Below are positions 11,701 to 20,879 of a DNA stretch of 64,000 nt, piece by piece. This DNA is from Terriglobales bacterium (lineage in GTDB: Bacteria; Acidobacteriota; Terriglobia; Terriglobales; Acidobacteriaceae), in contig DASQIH010000127.1 in NCBI GenBank assembly GCA_035631655.1, positions 6,789 to 70,788 on the forward strand, written 5' to 3'. Position numbers and translations under genes: made by a program. Below the pieces are notes generated by a model. That model did not search any database and was not told where the DNA came from. It saw only the letters and a list, made by a program, of their open reading frames with translations. Each line of letters begins with the position of its first letter. Within the stretch, counting starts at the first letter, position 1.

Positions 11701-12895
11701 ATTTCATGTACTCGATTTCTCTATCTACTCGGTCCAACCTACCAATGTGATTGCGAACCAAGGGAGCGAATCTCAGCCGAGTTCTATCAGCTTGCTCGCC
11801 GTCGGGCAGTTTTCAGGGGTTGTCACCCTCAGCTGCGATCCAAATACCGTGCCTCCGGGTGCGACCTGCTATTTCTCGCCCAGTTCATTAAGTCCCGGGA
11901 GTACCCTGTCAGCAAGCAATTTTACGCTGGGGACAACATCCGCCACGCCGGTAGCTAGCTACCCCATCACGATCCTCGTCAATTCGGCTGGGGCACCCTC
12001 CGCCAAGACGACAACCGTGACTGTAACGGTCCAGTCGGGGAAAGATTACAACGTTGTTGTCGGTGCAGTTGGAGGCACCATCCCGGGCGGCTCCAGCAGC
12101 TTCCCAATAACTTTGACCTCTGTGAATGGTTACAGTGGCACAGTCAATCTCGCCTGCAACACATACCCAGACCTCACGTTATTCACCTGCAGCGTCAATC
12201 CTTCTCTGATTTTGCTGGGTACTGGGCAGAGTGGTTCGGCCAGTGGCAGTTTACAGGCAAATATCGGGATACAAGTTCGTACATACACGGTACGGGTGTT
12301 TGCCTCCGATTCGACAGCGGGGCTAAGCCACGAAATAGATACGGATTTTTCGGTCAATGACTTCCAGTTTGTGCCAACCAATGGCGTTGCCACGGTGACG
12401 GCCGGGCAGGCGGCGAATTACACTCTGAAGATCACGCCCCTTGGCCCGGGGGGCTTCACAAATTCCATTTCTTTGGCATGTGCGGGACTGCCGGCGCAGG
12501 CGACTTGCTCCTTCTCGCCCACCAGTGTGACTCCAGGAGCGAATGCCACGACCATCACCTTGAACATCTCGACTACAACGCGCGCAGCTTCTCTGCACAG
12601 ATCGAAGGAATTTTATGCGCTGTCGCTGCCCTTCGCCGGCCTGCTCCTGGTGTTCGGTGGTGTATTCGCAGACAGGTGGCGCCGTTCCAAGACCTGGTTG
12701 GCAGCCGCATTCCTGATGGCTTTCGGAGTAAGTCTCTTGTTAGTTGCGTGCGGAGGAGGTGGTGGCAACGGAAATACTCCACCTCCCCCGCCTCCGCCCC
12801 CCTCGGGAACGCCTGCGGGTTCCTACACCATTACGGTGAATGCCACGTCCGGGCTCCTCGCGCACAGCACCAGCGTGAGCCTGACGGTGCAGTAG
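8708..12895 (+). CDS. giant secreted BNR/Asp-box beta-propeller protein with C-terminal Cys-paired Ig-like repeats
   Basis: Signal peptide, then repeated Asp-box motifs (STNAGSTWS, STDSGVNWT, SSDGITWT, SKDGGNSWT, TTNAGQSWA). Next come four or more repeats of the type VTLSC...ATC.FSPSS. The C-terminus has hydrophobic segments, a poly-Pro tract and a final Ig-like module. Confidence 0.7.
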   Translation: MNTALRLCPRVSFCVLFLSVLFPGSRALGQGSKMTSETAPIADSDKDNPQAREQWFRKGRTAPPGQSAAELRYRAHQQKMRMRAARAQTAAAQLALTPNAPVTGWTALGPAPLASDPGTGQDYNWVSGRATSVVIDPADTTGNTVYVGGAFGGLWRSTNAAAASASSVQWTPMIDNQPTLAVGAIALQPNNATNNLSNVILVGTGEANSSGDSYYGLGILRSTNAGSTWSLISTANAGAYSFKGLSFSKIAFSSAATNVAVAGVASTFPGEQEGADNLTAPRGVYYSTDSGVNWTYASVQDGMGATVVSASASSVIYNAVSRKFYAAIRRHGFYSSSDGITWTRLSLQPGSAGLLSTSNCPNSVNSSTCPIYRGEFAVVPGRNEMYVWFMDATFTGEVDQGIWQSKDGGNSWTSISTTGIDSCGDPGAFGCGVQQGEYNLELAAVPNGNTATDLYAGAINIFKCAINNTNNPACSNNPFMNLTHVYGCLQIAHVHPDQHGVDSVVAGGKDILYFANDGGIYRALDGFTGLTTGTCGGTNNFDSLNQTIGSITEFVSFSQDPGNLGTLLGGTQDNGSPATSQAMTSTGWINVNGGDGGYNEINPNNPTEWFTANTDVTIQRCTSGISCTGNTFNLVVSAPQVGGDVGPFYTPYILDPQATSEMLVGTCRLWRGTSQGANFLAFSFNFDTGTTATCNGGEINQARSLATGGPKDTNGISSVIYVGTDGTGPVLLSPPQGGRVFVATNANGGPALWQDTTGNINGFGYPVSSIAIDSSDSTGSTAYVTIMGFSGFPGVSHVFKTTNAGQSWADFSAGLPDAPANSIVVDAGPTPENGTVYVGTDVGVFSSPTLSASWTEVGPTPSSGPGFIPNVPVTKLRIFNSGGQKLLRASTYGRGVWQFPLSVTPDFAMAADKLQLSAFPNQTATFNGNLYALFGYNNAVTLSCGTGAPPTCNVPSGVIPSPGGTPFAISASGPAVFDYSFNIHGVGSDSTTHDLPVAFHVLDFSIYSVQPTNVIANQGSESQPSSISLLAVGQFSGVVTLSCDPNTVPPGATCYFSPSSLSPGSTLSASNFTLGTTSATPVASYPITILVNSAGAPSAKTTTVTVTVQSGKDYNVVVGAVGGTIPGGSSSFPITLTSVNGYSGTVNLACNTYPDLTLFTCSVNPSLILLGTGQSGSASGSLQANIGIQVRTYTVRVFASDSTAGLSHEIDTDFSVNDFQFVPTNGVATVTAGQAANYTLKITPLGPGGFTNSISLACAGLPAQATCSFSPTSVTPGANATTITLNISTTTRAASLHRSKEFYALSLPFAGLLLVFGGVFADRWRRSKTWLAAAFLMAFGVSLLLVACGGGGGNGNTPPPPPPPPSGTPAGSYTITVNATSGLLAHSTSVSLTVQ

Positions 12896-12946
12896 GATTA
12901 TTCTGAAACGTGCAATTCACTCCAAGCAAAATGGCTACCATCCTGC

Positions 12947-14203
12947 ATGCCTGACCAGCGCTACGACATCGTCGTGATTGGCGGCGGAATTGTGGGTCTT
13001 TCGGTCGCCTGGGAGGCCACGAGGCGCTTCCCCGATTTGCGCCTGCTCGTGGTCGAAAAAGAAGACGCCCTGGCGCGCCACCAAAGCGGCCACAACAGTG
13101 GCGTGATCCATTCGGGGGTTTACTACAAGCCCGGCTCAGTCAAAGCGCGCACCTGTGTCCAAGGGGCAGCCGCGATGGTCGAGTTCTGCCGCCAACATTC
13201 GATTCCCCACCAGATTTGCGGCAAGGTGATTGTCGCGACCACCGACGACGAAATTCCCTGTCTCGAGGAATTGCGGGAGCGCGGGCAGGCTAATGGCATC
13301 TCCGGTCTAGGATTGCTGAACCGCCAGGAACTGCTCGAGATTGAACCGCACTGTCATGGTGTTCGCGCCTTACATGTACCGGGCACAGGAATAACCGATT
13401 ACGTCGCTGTCAGCATGAAGTATGCGGAGTTGATCACGAAACAGGGAGGACAGATTCGCACTGGTTGCGAAGTCTCCGGATTCGTGCCGCGGAACGCGGA
13501 AACCACAGTCGAGACCACCCAGGGCGCGTTCGCCACGCGATACGTCATCAACTGTGCCGGCCTGCAGAGCGACCGAATCAGCCGGCTGGCGGGAAATACG
13601 CCTGAGGTGCGCATCGTGCCGTTTCGCGGCGAGTATTACGATCTGATCCCCGAGCGCCAGCACCTGGTGCGCGCTCTGATCTATCCGGTAGCGGATCCGC
13701 GCTTCCCCTTCCTGGGCGTGCACTTCACGCGACGCATTCATGGCGGCGTGGATGCTGGCCCAAATGCCGTGCTTTCGTTCAAGCGTGAAGGCTATCGCAA
13801 AACCGATTTCAGCCTGCGCGACACACTCTCGGAATTTACATATCCGGGCTTCTGGCGCATGGCAGGCAAGTACTGGCAGAGCGGGCTGGGCGAGTTCTAT
13901 CGCTCCTTCAGCAAGCCGGCGTTCGTGCGGGCGCTGCAGCGCCTCGTGCCGGAAATTAAGGCATCTGACTTGCGCCCCGGAGGCTCCGGGGTTCGCGCCC
14001 AGGCACTTGGTCGTGACGGCTCGCTGGTCGACGATTTTCAATTCTTGTGTTCTGGGAAGATGTTGCACGTGTGCAATGTTCCCTCTCCCGCTGCAACGGC
14101 CTCGATCCCGATCGGCCGCGCCATTGTGCGGATGGCGGAAGAAAGTTTTGGGCTGAGCAGCAGTGGTAAGGTGTCCAGCGGGCACTCACCTGCTAGGATG
14201 TAG
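12947..14203 (+). CDS. lhgO: L-2-hydroxyglutarate oxidase-like FAD-dependent oxidoreductase
   Basis: N-terminal FAD fold YDIVVIGGGIVGLSVA and HQSGHNSGVIHSGVYYKPGS. Overall length and pattern match the LhgO/YgaF family. Confidence 0.7.
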   Translation: MPDQRYDIVVIGGGIVGLSVAWEATRRFPDLRLLVVEKEDALARHQSGHNSGVIHSGVYYKPGSVKARTCVQGAAAMVEFCRQHSIPHQICGKVIVATTDDEIPCLEELRERGQANGISGLGLLNRQELLEIEPHCHGVRALHVPGTGITDYVAVSMKYAELITKQGGQIRTGCEVSGFVPRNAETTVETTQGAFATRYVINCAGLQSDRISRLAGNTPEVRIVPFRGEYYDLIPERQHLVRALIYPVADPRFPFLGVHFTRRIHGGVDAGPNAVLSFKREGYRKTDFSLRDTLSEFTYPGFWRMAGKYWQSGLGEFYRSFSKPAFVRALQRLVPEIKASDLRPGGSGVRAQALGRDGSLVDDFQFLCSGKMLHVCNVPSPAATASIPIGRAIVRMAEESFGLSSSGKVSSGHSPARM

Positions 14204-14232
14204 ATTCAGTTTCAAAAAGCCACGGAGGCAAG

Positions 14233-15060
14233 ATGGGCACAAGTGTATCCGGCAAGCGCGTAGCAGTTTTAGGGGCTGGGAAAATCGGCAGCATACTGTT
14301 GCAGGCCCTGCTGAAGGAGCGCCTGCTCTCGCCTGCCACCACGACCGCTACCGTGCAGCATGCGGAGCGGGCGCGCGGGTTGGCAGAGCGGCTGAAGATT
14401 CAGGTGGGCACGAACAACGTTGCCGCCGTGCGCAAGGCGGACATTATTTTCATTTGCGTTAAACCACCTATAGTCGTTGACGTAGTGAAGGAGATCCGGG
14501 CGGTGGTAACTCCCAAACAGCTGGTCATCTCGGTGGCCGCTTCCGTCCCTACTCATTTGATCGAGAGCGGGCTGCGCGGCAACATCCCGGTCATTCGTGC
14601 CATGCCGAATACCCCTTGCGTGGTGGAAGCCGGCATGACGGCGCTGTGCAAGGGAAAGTTCGCGGAGGAGAAACACATCCAGCTCGCCACCGCCCTGTTC
14701 AACGTATTTGGCCGCACGGTCGTGGTGGACGAGAAACACATGGATGCGGTCACCGGTTTGTCGGCAAGCGGCCCGGCGTATATCTACATCATTCTGGAAT
14801 CGCTGGCGGAAGCGGGCGTCAAGGTCGGTTTGCCGCGAGATGTAGCCACGCTGCTGGCGGCGCAAACGGCACTGGGCGCGGCTAAGGTCGTGCTCGAAAC
14901 TGGCGATCACCCGGCTCTGCTCAAAGACGCCGTCACCACCCCCGCCGGCTGCACGATTGATGGCATCCTCGAACTGGAGGAAGGCAAGCTGCGTGTGACC
15001 TTGATCAAGGCCGTAGTGAAAGCAGCACAGCGGGCGAAGGAATTGGCCTTTGTAAGTTAA
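14233..15060 (+). CDS. proC: pyrroline-5-carboxylate reductase
   Basis: VAVLGAGKIGS NAD(P) fold, IRAMPNTP and the C-terminal TTPAGCTIDGILELEEG motif. Confidence 0.85.
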   Translation: MGTSVSGKRVAVLGAGKIGSILLQALLKERLLSPATTTATVQHAERARGLAERLKIQVGTNNVAAVRKADIIFICVKPPIVVDVVKEIRAVVTPKQLVISVAASVPTHLIESGLRGNIPVIRAMPNTPCVVEAGMTALCKGKFAEEKHIQLATALFNVFGRTVVVDEKHMDAVTGLSASGPAYIYIILESLAEAGVKVGLPRDVATLLAAQTALGAAKVVLETGDHPALLKDAVTTPAGCTIDGILELEEGKLRVTLIKAVVKAAQRAKELAFVS

Positions 15061-15078
15061 AGCTATCGCGAACCGCTA

Positions 15079-16602
15079 TCAGGGGAGAGCGAACTTGATG
15101 ACGATCTCAGCCTGCATGTCCACAGGATCGCCATTCAGCTTGTAGGGCTCGTAACGCCACTGCCGCACCGCCGCCACAGCCGCATTCGCCAAGAATGCAT
15201 TGCCACGCACGGCCTTTACCTCTGCCACCCGGCCATCCTTGCCAATGCGCGCCTGCAACACCACATCGCCGTCGATGTGCTGCTGCTTTGCCTGATAGGG
15301 ATAAATAGGATCCACCCGGTGAAGCAGTTTCCCCCCCGTGACGCCCTGCGAGACCCGCGGGGCGAGAACCGGAGCCGCGACGCTCGGCGATGGAAGGGTT
15401 ATTCCCGGACTGATTGTCGACAGTGAAGACCGGGGAAGCGATGCCACGACTTGCTGCTCAGGAGCGAGCTTGGTTGGGACGTTTTGCGTCTCTGGGCTAG
15501 CCTGCGCGGCTGAGGAGACCGAATCGGTTTTCGCCGTTTCGCCCGCGACGTTCGTTGGTTGTCCTTCGGGTCCGCCGGCCGCAGGTTTCTGTTGATACAC
15601 GATATTGCCATCCTGGAAAACAACCAGCCCTCCCGCATCGTTCTTCGTCGTGTGTTTGCGCTGGCTGCCAGCAGAGGGTTTCACGGCCTTGCTCCTCAGC
15701 TTCGCTGGCGTTGTCTCCGGCGTGGTTTCTTCCGGCACTGCCTCCGTGGGGTGGCTTTCTGCCGCCGCCACGGTGGGGGCGGCTTGCGGCGCCCGGTCAT
15801 TATAGGCTCTTTGCCATCCCCAGCGGAATCCCAACAGCAGACACAACACCGTCGCGAGTGCCAGGACCACGGCGCGCAGGATTCGGGTCGACTGGTCCAC
15901 GGCCGGAAGTTCATGATCAGGTTGCTCGGCGAGAGCAATGACTGCCTGCTCGGGATAACTGACGGGCTCGACTGTCCTGGCGGAGGTTGGAGCGGGCGCG
16001 GGTGCGCTTACCGGCGGGGCAGTTGCCTTCCCCACTGAACTTTGTAGAGCTTCCGTAACCCACTGTCCGAGATCCTGTAGGGTCGTGAGGTCCCGCTCTC
16101 CGAAAGCATCCGCTTGGGGTGCAAAAATCTCGAAGACCCCAACTAAATCGGACCCTAAGAATAGGGGCACCACGACGATGGAGCGCACCCCCAGCTGCCG
16201 GCAGGCATCGGGGTCAACGCGCGGGTCCGTTTCTGTATCACTGCACCACTGGCGCTTTCGCCCGCGAATGCAGGCCCCGGTCAGTCCCGACTCGGTATTG
16301 ATCCGCACCCCCAAGTCTGGGACGGTGGCGCCGGCTGCCGCTCGGCAAACCACTACACCGTTTCGCTCCAGAGCGATAGCCGCGCCGCTGGCACCTGTAC
16401 CCATGCGAGCGCGATCGGCCAAGTCGTGCAGAATCAGGTCCAGAGCCAACTGGGAGGACTCAAGCCCTTGGGCCGCGAGCGTCGAGGCTACTTCCCCGAG
16501 ATGCGATTCGATTTGCACTTTCTTCCTCTGCTCCGATGGTGACGCGGGCAGTGGTTCTACATCCTCCAACGGCTTGGGTCGCAATGGATGGGTAAAGGCC
16601 AT
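15079..16602 (-). CDS. GAF domain / TM / Pro-rich linker / TonB C-terminal domain protein
   Basis: N-terminal GAF-like region (aa ~40-200), one TM (ILRAVVLALATVLCLLLGF) and a low-complexity Pro/Ala/Thr linker. The C-terminal TonB_C runs from PIYPYQAKQQHIDGDVVLQARIGKDGRV to AVRQWRYEPY. Confidence 0.65.
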   Translation of the reverse strand: MAFTHPLRPKPLEDVEPLPASPSEQRKKVQIESHLGEVASTLAAQGLESSQLALDLILHDLADRARMGTGASGAAIALERNGVVVCRAAAGATVPDLGVRINTESGLTGACIRGRKRQWCSDTETDPRVDPDACRQLGVRSIVVVPLFLGSDLVGVFEIFAPQADAFGERDLTTLQDLGQWVTEALQSSVGKATAPPVSAPAPAPTSARTVEPVSYPEQAVIALAEQPDHELPAVDQSTRILRAVVLALATVLCLLLGFRWGWQRAYNDRAPQAAPTVAAAESHPTEAVPEETTPETTPAKLRSKAVKPSAGSQRKHTTKNDAGGLVVFQDGNIVYQQKPAAGGPEGQPTNVAGETAKTDSVSSAAQASPETQNVPTKLAPEQQVVASLPRSSLSTISPGITLPSPSVAAPVLAPRVSQGVTGGKLLHRVDPIYPYQAKQQHIDGDVVLQARIGKDGRVAEVKAVRGNAFLANAAVAAVRQWRYEPYKLNGDPVDMQAEIVIKFALP

Positions 16603-16805
16603 GGGGTCCGGATTTTTATGACGTAGACTTGAGGCTGCTCATCCTACAGCTGTCCTGGGGACGCAGGGGCGCGGTTGGATTGTACAGCTGTGCTCGATGG
16701 AACGGAGTTTTACTCCAAACGACCGGGTTGTCAATATGAAAGAAGGACACTCGGCTTGTAGAGGCGCATTGCGCGACGACAAAGTGGTCCGCGTCCCTCC
16801 CAGCT

Positions 16806-17924
16806 TTACTCGCCAGCCCTGCTTGCGGGCTGGGCGTCCGCCTGCACTTTCGTGGTGGTTGGCGGACCCACGTTCTCCGGCATCTCGCCGGTGAGGGATT
16901 CCAGGAAGGCCAGCAAGTCAGCTCGTTCCTGCCCGCTCAGAAAATCCAGGACCCGAATATTTTTGTCGAGCTGTGGATTCGAGTTCGCTCCCCCAATGTA
17001 GTAATCAATAACGTCCTTCAAAGTTTTCAAGCTGCCATCGTGCATATACGGCGCGGTGAGCGCAACGTTCCGCAGCGATGGAGTTTTGAAGGCGCCCCGC
17101 TCGGCCTCGTTCTTAGTAACACTATAGCGACCCAAGTCTGTAGCTTGGCCGTATTCCACGCCTACGCCGATGTTGTGGAACTTATTGTCTGTGAACAGAG
17201 CATGGTCCTTGCCTATCAGGTGACAGGCGGCGCAGTTCCCTTTATCCGCGGACGTGAAGACGATGAAACCACGTTTGACCGACTTGCTGACCGCTTTCTC
17301 GTCTCCGCCGAACTTCCAGCGGTCAAACGGGGAGTTGCCGCTCACCACCGTGCGTTCAAAGCTGGCAATCGCCTTTTCGGCCATATCGTACGTGATAGGC
17401 CCTGGCCCAAAGGCTTTGGCAAACTGCTCGCGATAGGTGGGATCTGCCATAAGTTTTTTCTCAACGCCGGCCAGGGTATGAGCCATCTCCACCGGGTTTT
17501 GCACCGGTCCCTCCGCCTGTTTTTCCAGGCTGGGGGCGCGTCCATCCCAGAACTGCACTTCGAAGTAAGCGCTGTTGAATACCGTGGGCGAATTGCGGGT
17601 TCCCGTTTTCTTCTGCACCCCTTCCGAGACAGATTTGCCATCGGAAAACCCGTAGTTGGGATGATGGCAGGAGGCGCAGGAGACGCTGTTGTCCACGGAA
17701 AGGATGGGGTCGTAGTAGAGCCGATGACCGAGCACGATGGTCTCCGCCGTGACAGGATTATCCGACGGAGTCGGTACGGGTGGCAGCCCCAGCGGAGCTT
17801 TAATCGTAACCGCTTGGCCGACCGCCCTCACGGGCAACGTCTTCTGACTACCGCGGTGTGGCAGGAAAACGATGACGACAACGACCAGCACGAACAGCGT
17901 CAATAGCAAGTTGCGGGAGATCAT
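16806..17924 (-). CDS. di-haem cytochrome c peroxidase (CCP/MauG family)
   Basis: Two CxxCH sites (CASCHH, CAACH) and the FKTPSLRNVALTAPYMHDGS motif. Start set at MISRNLLL, which has AGGAG 8 nt upstream. Confidence 0.85.
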   Translation of the reverse strand: MISRNLLLTLFVLVVVVIVFLPHRGSQKTLPVRAVGQAVTIKAPLGLPPVPTPSDNPVTAETIVLGHRLYYDPILSVDNSVSCASCHHPNYGFSDGKSVSEGVQKKTGTRNSPTVFNSAYFEVQFWDGRAPSLEKQAEGPVQNPVEMAHTLAGVEKKLMADPTYREQFAKAFGPGPITYDMAEKAIASFERTVVSGNSPFDRWKFGGDEKAVSKSVKRGFIVFTSADKGNCAACHLIGKDHALFTDNKFHNIGVGVEYGQATDLGRYSVTKNEAERGAFKTPSLRNVALTAPYMHDGSLKTLKDVIDYYIGGANSNPQLDKNIRVLDFLSGQERADLLAFLESLTGEMPENVGPPTTTKVQADAQPASRAGE

Positions 17925-18158
17925 GGCCACTTCTCCTGGAGAGAACTCGGTGGAAGTGCAGCGCTCCGACAAACTCGAAGACACTTCACCGTGTTTTCAG
18001 TCTCTTCCCGCCAGCGGAGGTATGCGGTGACCGATATCACCGCGAACGGTGAGTTCTGAAACTGGAAGTCAGCGGAGCGCTGCGAGAAATTTGCAGGAAA
18101 ACAGCGAGACGATCGGCAGGCATGGAGGAAATCGCCCGAGTCTCGACTGGGGCTGCGG

Positions 18159-18314
18159 CTATACGACCGGCTTATGGCCGGATATAGTGCCCACCTCTAT
18201 TCCACTCCCTTGCTTCTTCTTGCTGCGCTGCTCGAGAATTACGGCGGCAGCCAGCAGAATCCCGATTGCCCCAAATGCCGCGAGCGCCAGCACCGCCACC
18301 ATGAGGATTGGCAT
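18159..18314 (-). CDS. candidate 51-aa single-TM small protein (not in ORF track, <60 aa)
   Basis: Hand translation gives MPILMVAVLALAAFGAIGILLAAAVILEQRSKKKQGSGIEVGTISGHKPVV*. GGAG lies 6 nt upstream of the ATG. The ORF sits in the 576-bp gap upstream of, and co-directional with, the peroxidase gene. Confidence 0.3.
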   Translation of the reverse strand: MPILMVAVLALAAFGAIGILLAAAVILEQRSKKKQGSGIEVGTISGHKPVV

Positions 18315-18500
18315 ACTCTACTCCGGCTGCCATTGTTCTCCATTGTGGGCCCACGGACTGTGATGATAATCACCATGAACCGTGATGAAGTGCCTGCCGG
18401 CATGTTCGTTGTCCCTTCCCGCGTGTCGGCGGAAAGCTGGTAAAGTATTTGCTTCGACGAGGGGGCACGCCGCCCTCGATTTTCAATGGGGAGTTACGGG

Positions 18501-19919
18501 ATGCACATCAGTGTGGTCGGTTCGGGTTACGTTGGGCTGGTGGCTGGCGCCTGCTTTGCGGACCTGGGCCACGAAGTGATCCTGGTGGACAACGACGAGC
18601 AGAAGCTCGCCGCCCTGAAGAACGGTATGGTTCCTATCCACGAAAATTTTCTCCCTGAACTCCTGGCCCGTCATCGCGGAAAACGCCTGAACTTCTCCGG
18701 CGACCTCTCCCAAGCGGTGCGTGCGAGCTTGGCAATCTTCATCGCCGTAGGCACTCCGCCCACCGATCAGGGAGATGCTGATCTTTCTTACGTCGAGTCT
18801 GTGGCTCGAGAGGTAGCTGGTGCGATCAACGGCTACAAAGTGGTGGTCGAGAAAAGCACCGTGCCGGTGTATACGAGTAATTGGATCCGCACCGTGATAC
18901 TGCGCAACGGCGCAGCGCCGGAATCTTTCGATGTTGTCTCCAATCCCGAGTTCTTGAGGGAAGGCACCGCGGTCACCGACTTCTTGTATCCCGACCGCAT
19001 CGTGGTAGGCGCCGATCATGAACGCTGCGCCTCGCTCCTCCGCCAGATCTACGAGCCCCTCACCAACGGAACCTATTACCGGCACCAGGACGCCATCCCG
19101 CAACCCAGTGGTACTCGCATCCCGCCTCCTCTGATTGTGACCAGCGCCAAGAGTGCGGAGTTGATCAAACACGCTTCCAACGCATTTTTGGCAATGAAGA
19201 TTTCTTTTATCAATGCCGTGGCCTCGATCTGCGAGTCGGTGGGAGCGGACGTGCAGCAAGTACGCCAGGGCATGGGCTCGGACTCGCGCATTGGTGCTCG
19301 TTTTCTGAAACCTGGCATCGGCTATGGCGGCTCTTGTTTTCCGAAGGACTTGGCGGCTTTCCGCGCCGTAGCCCGCGAGTGCGGTTACGATTTCCGGCTG
19401 CTGGATGAAGTGATCCGCATCAACGAAGAGCAGCGCCACCTTTTCTTGCGCAAGGTTCGCTCCGCTTTGTGGACGCTGAAGGGAAAACGCCTGGGCGTGC
19501 TCGGCTTAGCGTTTAAGGGCGGCACGGACGATATCCGCGAATCCCCGGCGATGCTGCTGGTCCAAACTCTGCTGCAGGAAGGCTGTTCCGTGGCGGCTTA
19601 CGATCCGGCGGCTACCGAGAGGGCGCGCGAGGTTCTGGGCTCCAAGGTGCAGTTTGTTTCCAGCCCCTACGACGCAGCGGCGGGAGCGGATGCTTTATTG
19701 ATTTTGACGGAGTGGGACGAATTTGCCGCCCTTGACCTTGAGCGCCTGTACAGCGAATTGAAATATCCCATCGTGGTGGATGGGCGGAATCTTTATGATC
19801 CCCAAACCATGACAGCCCACGGCTTCACCTATTACAGCGTGGGACGACAAACCCTGCCCGCCGAGAGCCCGGTCGCCGTCGCCAGCGGCAGAAAAAGCAA
19901 ACCCAAGGCCGATGACTAA
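18501..19919 (+). CDS. ugd: UDP-glucose 6-dehydrogenase
   Basis: [14 protein letters not shown] Rossmann start and the catalytic [10 protein letters not shown] motif. Start moved to ATG 18501. Confidence 0.9.
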   Translation: MHISVVGSGYVGLVAGACFADLGHEVILVDNDEQKLAALKNGMVPIHENFLPELLARHRGKRLNFSGDLSQAVRASLAIFIAVGTPPTDQGDADLSYVESVAREVAGAINGYKVVVEKSTVPVYTSNWIRTVILRNGAAPESFDVVSNPEFLREGTAVTDFLYPDRIVVGADHERCASLLRQIYEPLTNGTYYRHQDAIPQPSGTRIPPPLIVTSAKSAELIKHASNAFLAMKISFINAVASICESVGADVQQVRQGMGSDSRIGARFLKPGIGYGGSCFPKDLAAFRAVARECGYDFRLLDEVIRINEEQRHLFLRKVRSALWTLKGKRLGVLGLAFKGGTDDIRESPAMLLVQTLLQEGCSVAAYDPAATERAREVLGSKVQFVSSPYDAAAGADALLILTEWDEFAALDLERLYSELKYPIVVDGRNLYDPQTMTAHGFTYYSVGRQTLPAESPVAVASGRKSKPKADD

Positions 19920-20856
19920 CACTCGCGTCCTGGTAACCGGCGGAGCCGGCTTCCTGGGTTCCCATCTTTGCGATTGCCTGCTGGCGGAAGGGCACTCGGT
20001 GATTGCGATTGATAATCTGTTAACGGGCAGAACTGCCAATGTTGATCACCTGGCGCGCGAGCCGCGCTTCGAACTGCGGCAATTCGACATCTGCGAACCT
20101 TTCGATTGCGGCAAGGTAGACTACGTCTTTCATCTCGCCTCTCCGGCCAGTCCGGTAGATTACTCCCGCTACGGAATTCCGACCTTGATGGTAGGCTCGC
20201 TGGGCACGTTCAATGCCCTCGAGGTGGCCAGGAAATACGGGGCGAAATACCTGGTTGCATCAACCTCAGAATGCTACGGCGATCCGTTGCAGCACCCGCA
20301 AAAAGAAACCTACTGGGGAAATGTGAATCCGGTTGGGCCGCGCTCGGTTTACGACGAAGCTAAGCGCTTCTCGGAGGCCGTCACGGCGGCCTATCGCCGT
20401 TATCACAAGGTAGAAACACGTATTGTCCGCATCTTCAACACCTATGGGCCACGCATGCAATTGAACGATGGCCGTGTCATCCCTAACTTCATGAAGCAGG
20501 CCCTGCGCGGCGAAGATCTGACGGTCTATGGCGACGGCAATCAGACGCGTAGTTTTTGCTATGTCAGCGATGAGATCGAGGGAATCCTGCGGCTGGCAAA
20601 GTCGTCAGAACCGGGTCCGGTCAACATTGGGAACCCCACCGAATTCACTATTCTCGAGTGCGCCAACCAGGTGTTGGCCGTAACGGGATCGAAGAGCCGC
20701 ATCCGGCATGAGGCTCTGCCCCAGGACGATCCTAAACAACGCTGCCCTGATATCACCAAGGCCAGGCAACTGCTCGGATGGGAGCCGAAGATCAATCTCG
20801 AAACGGGCCTGAAGCTGTCGCTGGACTATTTTCGGCAGGCGGTTCGGAACGTCTGA
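19912..20856 (+). CDS. uxs: UDP-glucuronate decarboxylase (UDP-xylose synthase)
   Basis: [20 protein letters not shown] catalytic motif and the SDR-extended fold. It overlaps ugd by 8 nt (ATGACTAA). Confidence 0.85.
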   Translation: MTNTRVLVTGGAGFLGSHLCDCLLAEGHSVIAIDNLLTGRTANVDHLAREPRFELRQFDICEPFDCGKVDYVFHLASPASPVDYSRYGIPTLMVGSLGTFNALEVARKYGAKYLVASTSECYGDPLQHPQKETYWGNVNPVGPRSVYDEAKRFSEAVTAAYRRYHKVETRIVRIFNTYGPRMQLNDGRVIPNFMKQALRGEDLTVYGDGNQTRSFCYVSDEIEGILRLAKSSEPGPVNIGNPTEFTILECANQVLAVTGSKSRIRHEALPQDDPKQRCPDITKARQLLGWEPKINLETGLKLSLDYFRQAVRNV

Positions 20857-20879
20857 CTGCTCGAACCATGGGACAGGCC

